From NCBI GenBank assembly GCA_930971385.1, contig CAKNGB010000001.1:67670-131669 (forward strand): a DNA stretch of 64,000 nucleotides, in the 5' to 3' direction. This document shows, in pieces, positions 20,901 through 29,900 of the stretch. Below the pieces are notes generated by a model. The model had not been told where the DNA came from. It saw only the letters and a list, made by a program, of their open reading frames with translations, and did not search any database. The first letter of the stretch is position 1; every line of letters starts with the position of its first letter. A program made the position numbers and the translations under genes. Origin of the DNA: an uncultured Clostridia bacterium. Its GTDB lineage: Bacteria; Bacillota; Clostridia; Christensenellales; UBA1242.

Positions 20901-23900
20901 CTGTAAGCGGATATGTTGATATGTTCATGTCTGTGAATGAAGAGAGTGTGGCATATTCCACCACCGTGGTGATTCCAGATTTCCAAGTTGCCACAATCCG
21001 AGTTTTAAGTTCGGTTGACATCTACGGCGAAGTGGCAGGAGGCATTTTCGGATATCTTGGCTCTTCCACTCAGGCTTTTGATATGGGGCTTGAACTTGAC
21101 GCCAACATGAATTTAACAAATCCTTCTTATATCACTTCAAAAAATCTTTATGCAGGCGGACTTGTGGGTGAAAGTTATGGCGGACTTTACGCTGTTTACA
21201 CAGAACACATAAGAACAATGCAAGACACAATTGAAGAGAGTATGTATTCCTATTATAATGGCTCACAAGACGTGGAAAGAGGTCAGATGAGCATCTTCTC
21301 TTACACGCAAAACGACACACTTCACTATAACACTCGCTATAACAACCCATACTATGTTGGCGGACTTGTGGGCTATGCTGGTGGCGGATATATTTCTGTT
21401 GCTTACAACAGGCTTAATGTTGTTTCCAACACCACCACGCGTGAGGAATCCTATTTCGGCGGAATAATTGGCTATCTCAACGCTTCAACAACATACAACA
21501 CCAATTCCATAACCGACAACAGCGAGGTTACTTATTATTTGCATGAAGTTTACTTCTCTGGCGTTTTAAACAGCAACACTTCAGCGCTTGTTGGCGGTAT
21601 TGTTGGTCAAATTTCAAGTTCCAGCGTGCTTGCAATGGAATTTGTCAACTCAATTCCATACTACGAACAAAATTCCAACCGTGACAACATCTTTGCCCTT
21701 GTTGCTGGCTTCGAACACGACGATTTAGGCATGGAAGTTCTTCCATCGCATCTATATCTTCTTGATAACTATTCTGGCTACTACGATGTGATAACAAAAG
21801 TGCGTGTGGCTGGAAGAGATGCGGCTGTCACCACAGTTTCCGCGGTTGTGGAATATCTTTATGAAGACGACACCTTAACCGACGAGCAATCACGCATGAA
21901 CTATATTAACGGCTTTAGAGATAACTTAATTGTCTATAACGGCACAGGAGTTGATTCTGTTGACTCTTCCGATGTTGACTTTTCATATGAATATGCTCAA
22001 ATAATTCAATCGCCAAGCCACCTGTCAACAATGGCAATGGCATACACAAGAATGAGCAACTTCTTCATCCGTGCAGGTTGGAATGACTCGGTTTGGACGC
22101 ATGAACTTGAAACCATGTTCCCAAGAATTGAGTTTGTTCCAGAATTAACTGTTATCTATCTTGACTATGACATAGACAGTGTGCGAGAAGTTCTTGAGGC
22201 TATCCACTTCAACTCCTCTCTCACTGTTGTTGTGCGCGGGAGAATTGATAGAGATGATCCAGATGCTGGACATGCCGATGTTGATTTACGAAGGTTTGAC
22301 GGCCCAGATGAATATGAGAATGTCGTTGGCAAAATTTTAACCCCAACATTAATTAACAACTTCTCAGGAAGAATCATCTCCTATCGTGCCTTTATTAATG
22401 AAGGAACAGGCGATGCAACTGAAGGTATTGTTAATAGAAACATAAACGGAGATATAGGAGGGGAACAAGGTGCTGATGTTGGAATCATAATCGACAGCGC
22501 ACTCTTTGAAAACGCCATTTCTGGCTTTGAAATAACTGACCTAAATATTTACTATCATGAAAGTGAAAGCGACACCACAACAAGCCACTCAATACTAATT
22601 GAAAACACAGCAAATGGCGCAATTTTAAATAACCTTAACATCTATGTTAGGTCAGACCTATCCATTGAAGCAGATTCCTATGGTAGAGCAGGCATTTTGG
22701 TTCCTTACGCAATCTCTTCCGACTTTACTGGCGTTCACTTCACTTTGAATGAAGGTGTCAGCATCAATTTTGCCTCCTTCGACACATCCGACGGTAGCAC
22801 TCCACAAACAAATCAATATTTCGGCGTGCTTGCTGGCGTCATCAGGCAGGAGTCACCATATCGTGCAATGGCGGTTGGCAATATTAGGTTTGATCGTGTT
22901 GAGGGGGCGGAGGACTCTCCAATTGCCATTAACTTTGAAAATAAAACTAGTGATGATTATTCATATAACATATATTTCGGGCTTTTAACAGGGCAATGGG
23001 AAATTGATTCCTATGCAGCGGATGCAACTTTCAGAATTAACAACTTAACTAACACAACTTTAAACATCACTTTGGGATATACGCCAGATGGTATTGCTTC
23101 TGTTGATGCCAATATCAACGATATCTATTTTGGAGGATACATTGGTCGAGCAGACATCACTTCAATCGAAACAGAGGCAAACAAAGATCCAAACGAGAAG
23201 ATATTAAGCAACACCATCAATGTCACACAAAACTTTAGTGTTGCAAACAACGAATATTTTGGGCTTGTTGTTGGAGAATTGGAGGGTAATGGTGGCGTTC
23301 GTTTCACAAGCAGTTCAATCCCTGGCACCGATAACACTTTGGAGATAAACGGCAGTTTAAACCTTGGTGATAGTGCTATTGGTAACGATGCATATATAGG
23401 TGGATTCATAGGACACGCAGAATTTAACACGGTTATCACCTGTCAGCTTAGTGTTAATTTTAGTGTTAATGAAGATGATATTACTACATTAAATGGAGCG
23501 TTTGAAGAACCAACCAAAGAACCAGAGACACCACTTCTTGTCACAAACAATGCATACATCGGTTCATTCATTGGCTATCTGTCAGGTGGCTCCTTGAGGC
23601 TTGGAGGTTTTGATGTTAGGGGTAATATCAATGTTAAAATCAAGGAATCAACAGGTGGTGATTTAAATCAATTAATTCGATATGGCATTGTCGGCGAAGT
23701 CTTTAACGCTAACCTTACTATTGATCCAGGCTCTAGTGGTCATTCAATTTCAAGAGTGAATGTTGTTGCAAACAGCAACATTGAAAATAACAGTAGAGAT
23801 GAACAATTGTATGTTGGCGGACTTGCTGGCATAGTTTCGGGAACAAGTGAAATTGATGTTAACCGTTTCCTTTACACTGGCACAACTGTTGCTTTCAGCG

Positions 23901-26900
23901 AAACACTTAAATTTGGTGGCTTGTTTGGGCAAATTGGTCGTGCACTCGAAACCACAACAGCAGAAACCACAATAGCAAATACCATAATAACAAATTCTGG
24001 CTATGGCGGAAAAGTTGAATTTATGGATGTTAAATCGCAAGGAACAGATGAAGAAGGAAATCCAATACCTTATGACTATGCCTATAACCTCACAACAGGC
24101 GGAATCATTGGCACGATTGAAGCAAGCGGAGTCACAGACTATTTTGAGATTTCAATTGAAGGCGCAAGAACCTATGGCGATGTGTATGTAAACTATTCAG
24201 ATGACGGCGCAAAACTCACCACTTTCTACTATGGCGGAATCATCGGCGAATATCAAGCGCCAGTTCAAGAGGTTGAGGATATTGACACTGTCAGCCTCAA
24301 CATGTGCTACACACTTATGACGCCATTCAATTTCAGATTAACCGAGAGTTATGAATTATCTCATTATCAAGTTAACGCACTTGTTGGATTTGGCAGTGAG
24401 TCAATTTCATCCTATACGAAAAATCTCTATTCTTCCAGCGTCAACTTCTCATATCAAGACATTAGCGAAGATATCGGCAGTGCAAATGTTGATGTTGGAT
24501 ATTATAATAAAAATGTTGGGAACGATGTAATAAAAAGCGATGCATATCGCGGTTATGGCGCAACAGCGTCAGATTCTTCCTATTCATATGAAAACATCGT
24601 GGGCGTTATGCACGACTTTGCAGGAGAATTTGAGCTTGAATTGACCAACGCAAAACTTAATCCTTTGCAAGTTGTGGCAATGAAGATAGACGGTGAGGAA
24701 GATAAGGAATATGAAGTTGAATTTAAAAGTATAACAGAAAAAACAAACGCTGTTTCGTGGTATTATCTTGCAGGCGATTTAGATTTGATGCCAGAAACTG
24801 AGACTGAAACTTCACCTTCAATATCCGAATTGAATAATATTGTTTTGGTTGGAAATGGAAATCGAATTCACACAAACACCGCACCAATCAACACAATGGC
24901 AACGAAGGGAAATTCCTTCACAGTTGTCACCAGCCTTATTGTTGACATGGATATGTCGAAAACCACCATTGCTGGCGAAACAATCGGCGGGCTTATCAAC
25001 ACGCTTGGCGATCCAAGTAAGACTGATAACACCGCAACCGCACTTCTATACGGCGTTGGTGTGGAAGGCGAGATGTATATTGGTGGCAATCGAAGCGAAG
25101 GTGTTATGGTTGGCGGAATTGTGGGAGATATGTCTATCGGCATAATGGAAAATGCCTACTTTGACGCCGACATCTTCTTTGGTTCATACGATACGACTAA
25201 TCTTGCCACAATCAGCGGAGTTGCCAACACAAACTCGGCAAATGTGCTGATAAGAAACACCTTCTCAGGCGGTTCAGTGCAAGCGTATGTTCCAGTGAAT
25301 ATCGCACTTTTCAACTATCACATAACACCACAAGGTGTTGAAGACACAGCAGAAATAAGAATATATGATTCCTATTCATATATGAACATACTTCGCTATG
25401 ATTATGGCCATGGTGTTGACGGCGAGGTTTCAGCATTTGCTGTGAATGAGAGCGAAAGAATTTATTATGACAACTCAGCGGATAATATGGCACTATATTA
25501 TTCAGGTGATTATTCGTCAGATATTTCAGGCGACGGAACCCATGCTGAAACAGGTGAATTGTCAGTTGGCTGGAATAAAAATGGCTCAATAAGTGACGTG
25601 AACAGCATTTTGGTAAACGGAAGTGACCAATCTCTTGCTAAGTGGAATCACTCACGCTATTTCAACAATGGCTATGCAACCACAAACTTTGGCTATTTAA
25701 GAAATGTTTCGGTTTATAGTTATAGCACAACCACTGCGGAATACACAAAACTATCGTTCGACCAAGCCTATAACCTTGACTATACAAGCAGTCACACACC
25801 TAATGAAGAAGGTGGCGAAACTGGTGGAGAAGATGACGAAACAGGCACAACGCTTCCAACCGATTACTACTTTGCTGTTCAAAGCCATGCAAAATTCGGG
25901 CAAGCAATGAAAGCGATTAATAACACAAAAGATGAAAACGGTGAGGATGCTATTTACTCAAATGACACACAATTCTTCTTGAAATACGATATTGATTTAA
26001 ATAAAATACCTATGGATTCTGGTTACTCTCGCGGACAAGACTTAGGCACAAAGGATAGACCAATAACCATCGACGGACAGGGCAATAACTTCACTTCAAC
26101 TGAAGGAGGCGATAAAGGCAACACAGCAATGTTTGATGAGATACACGGCACACTAAGAAACCTCAACATTGTTGTGAACGGAAAAATTAATGCAACAAGC
26201 GACTATAATAGAGGTGAGGATAATCCAGGCAAAGGCGAAGATGCAATTAAAGTTGACATTGAAGGCGAAACAACCGAGTCATCAAATGAATATTACACTA
26301 TCTATGGCGCACTTGCAAACCGCTTGTATGGCTCTTTAAACAATGTGACAGTTAAAGGCGATATTGCTGTTAAAGAACAATCTCAAATTGTTATTGGTGG
26401 TGTTGTTGGCTATGCCGAAAGTATGAAAAAAGAGGCGTCACCAGATAATCCAAGTGAAGGAACTGCCTTAAATTCAATAACGAATGTGACAAGTTTAGTG
26501 ACAATAAACACATCTGAAGGGACATCTGGTATTATTGGTGGAGTTGTTGGAATAGCCAAGGATATTAAAATAAGTAATTCCACATTTGCTGGAAATATCA
26601 TTTCAACAAGCGTCAATGAAGGACGGGTTTTAGGTGGTGATATTACTCTTCTAAATAATAATGGTGGCGATGAAATTGACAAAGCTATTACAAATGAGAA
26701 TATCGTGTTAAATAATGTTATTGGCGGAATTGTTGGTGATTTTGAAAGTAGCGATAACGAGGCTACAATTTCATACTGCTTTAACACAGGCTCAATCATC
26801 AATAACTATAAGTCAACAAACACTTCTCTTAATCTTTCCAGTGGGGGAATTGCTGGTTATTCAGAGGCTGAAATCTCAAGTTCGCTGAACACGGGATACG

Positions 26901-29900
26901 TGCAAGCGGGGAATTATGACAACACGGGCGTGGCACTGGCTGGCGGAATTGTTGGCTACACAACCGCAAGCATCACAAACTGCATCAACGACGCCCGCGT
27001 CCACGCAATCAGTGATCTTGAACCATCTTACTCTGTAGAAGAAGGTGCAACTATAGAACTTAATGTTCCAGGATTGGATAAAGATGGCAAGCCAGACAGA
27101 ACAGATTCTGCTGGAGATGCAACGGCAACAGTTTCATATAATATAACCTATAACTCTGAAAATCCAAACCGCCTTGTGTTTGCATATGCACTTGGATATG
27201 TTAATAATACTAATAATGCAAGAGCCACAGCGTCTGGTGTTAACATTCAAAATGGCACGGATGGCGGTGTTGATGTGTCAAATGATCTAGTTGAAAGCAC
27301 TGGTATTATTAACGACGGAAACATCGGACAAATAAGTGTTGATTATTATAAAGAATTTACACTTCCTCGCTATGCAAACGGATCAGATGATTTTTGGATA
27401 GGTGCTCAAGGATATCAAGAAAATATTGGCGATAGATATGGACTTTCTGATTCTTATAGTTTTAGTTCAACGCCAGATGTAAGTGCATACGATGCTTATG
27501 GTTTCCCAAGTAGGTTTAATTTGTCATATACTTACACATTTGATTTTGAAATCTTTGATTTATTTACATTGAACAATGTTTTTAAAGATGGAAATGATTT
27601 ATTAAATATCACTATAAAAGATGATTATACTACTGAAGGACAAACTATAGATTTAGCAGATTACTATGCTGATGTTGAAACATACAATGCTTTAGCTCCG
27701 GCTTATATAATGCTTCGTGATCTTGGAATAATAACAGACGAGCAGATGTATTACACTGGATTTTATTATGATGGAAAGAACTATCCTGGATTATATGAAC
27801 TGGTCCAAAATTGTTATGAAAAGATAAGTGCTCCTACTTATCCAGGTGGAGCAACTGAATATTATTTGTCATTGAATATGTATGATTATGGTTCTGACCG
27901 CTATGATGGCATATCATATGAAAACTATGTTATGCAACTTAATGACACCATGAATCTTTCAAATTATTCTAATGTCACTGAAATAACAGAAACTCCAAGC
28001 GGATTATATGACGATATCACAGATGTAGACACAGCAACAAAGGCTAATAAAACAATCAATATTGCTGGTGAGGATTACACAATAGCATATGATGACAATA
28101 ATTTAACAGAGAACTTAATTTTAAAAACCAATGTAAATTCATTAACAGATGGCACGGTTTATGGAAATGACCACACTCTTTCAAGATTTAGTGAAAAAAC
28201 CGATGGTTCGGATGCAACTATTTCAATTAGCAACTGGAAGAATGTTAACATAGTGACCTCTGCATCGTTAGAGAACATTGAAAGTAGTTTCAGTTTTGTT
28301 TCAAAATTTTCTAGCGACACTGCATTTATTACATTTTATGGTTCATTAAGAAATGTAAATCCAACAACTTCAAGTGATATTGCTATAACAAGTGTTAATT
28401 CTACTTATGGAGACCTTTCAGAAAGTGGCATGATGACTTTCTATATGTCATTAATTGGAAAAGATGCACCTCATAATTTAAGTACTTCTTCTTCTAGATA
28501 TGGTGAAAGTGTATCGGTTGAGTTGACTATGGCAGGCGAAAAAAACTATGGCGTTGTGGTTTCTGGAAATGGAGCAAATGGGTCTAATGGAGCTGATGGA
28601 GCAATCGTTCATAATAATACCTTTGGACGTGGTGGAAATGGCGGAACTGGTGGAACGATTGATATACCAACTTCTTCAAATATTACTTCTATTTATGGTT
28701 ATAATGGCGTTGGTGGAAATGGCGGAAATGGTAGCAACGGAATAAATGCAGAAGTGACTGAATATGGTAGTACTGGGGTCACTATACAGGGAAATAGAGG
28801 CGGCTACGCCGGTGGCGGCTACGGCACTGCAACGGCAAATGAAAACACCAAATCGAATTTAAGAGAAAGTAGAGCATTGGCTGGCTCTGGTGGAACTGGT
28901 GGGCTTGGTCTTGTTTATTATCATAAATATATTAATAATGAGATTGATGATTCTAATGTAGGAGGAAATGATTATTACCAAGTTGAAAATGCAATTAGGC
29001 AGTCTTTATCAAACATTGGCTTTGATGCTGGATATAGATATTACCAAGGTTTCGAAAATGGGTTAGATAATGTGATAGGTAATGGTAATGTAGGACTTGA
29101 AGATTATTATCAAAGGCATTTTTACATAACAGCGGCAGGTGGTGGTAGCGCAGGTGGTCTTAAAGCTAATGGAAATCAAGGCAGTAAAGGTGATACATTT
29201 AGAGGATATGACGCAATTTCACGTAATGATACGACTTATGGAACATATGGTTATCTATGGATTGATGATCACAATTCTGGCTTGTTTGATAATGACAATG
29301 AAGTGCTTTGGGGTGGTTTACAATTGATTCCTGCTTTTTCGCATAATAAAGTTAATACTGGTACTTATGGAGGACGAGGTGACTCTAACTATTTAAATAA
29401 TGCTACAGGATTAGCAACAGCAGTTGGAAATTATATAAGTGATTATAAATGGGGATTAATAGGTGACGGGTATATATATTCTTATGAAATAACCGCATCA
29501 GGGGGTCATACGACTACACTTACATGGAGAGTAAGTGAAGAGGTAAGTCCAAATATGTATAAGTTAGAATTAACTTCAGGTCAATCTGGATTTGAGATGT
29601 ATAATTATTATATGAAATATGAAAACTCGCAATATATTTTAACAGATAGACAGGGTAATTATGTTGATGTCACTGTAAAACCTACAGATGAGCCAACAAT
29701 AATAAATCGTGTCAGAGGCGGCGAAGATTATAATGTAGCACTTTATGAATATAAAGCTGATGGATCTATAGGTTATAAAGATGAAAAAAATCCATTCAAG
29801 AGATCAGAAAATAAAATTAATGAAGCGTATAAGAATATAAAAGCTTATAATGGCGGAACTATGTGGGATTATATCTTTGTTGGTGGCACTGGCGGATCGG

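Noticed and set aside
26410-26802. 130-aa minus-strand ORF, plus many 60-115-aa ORFs on both strands inside the two giant genes
   Set aside because: All are embedded in the long, continuous giant ORFs. They have no start-site signals and their products are low-complexity mirror images of the sense frame.
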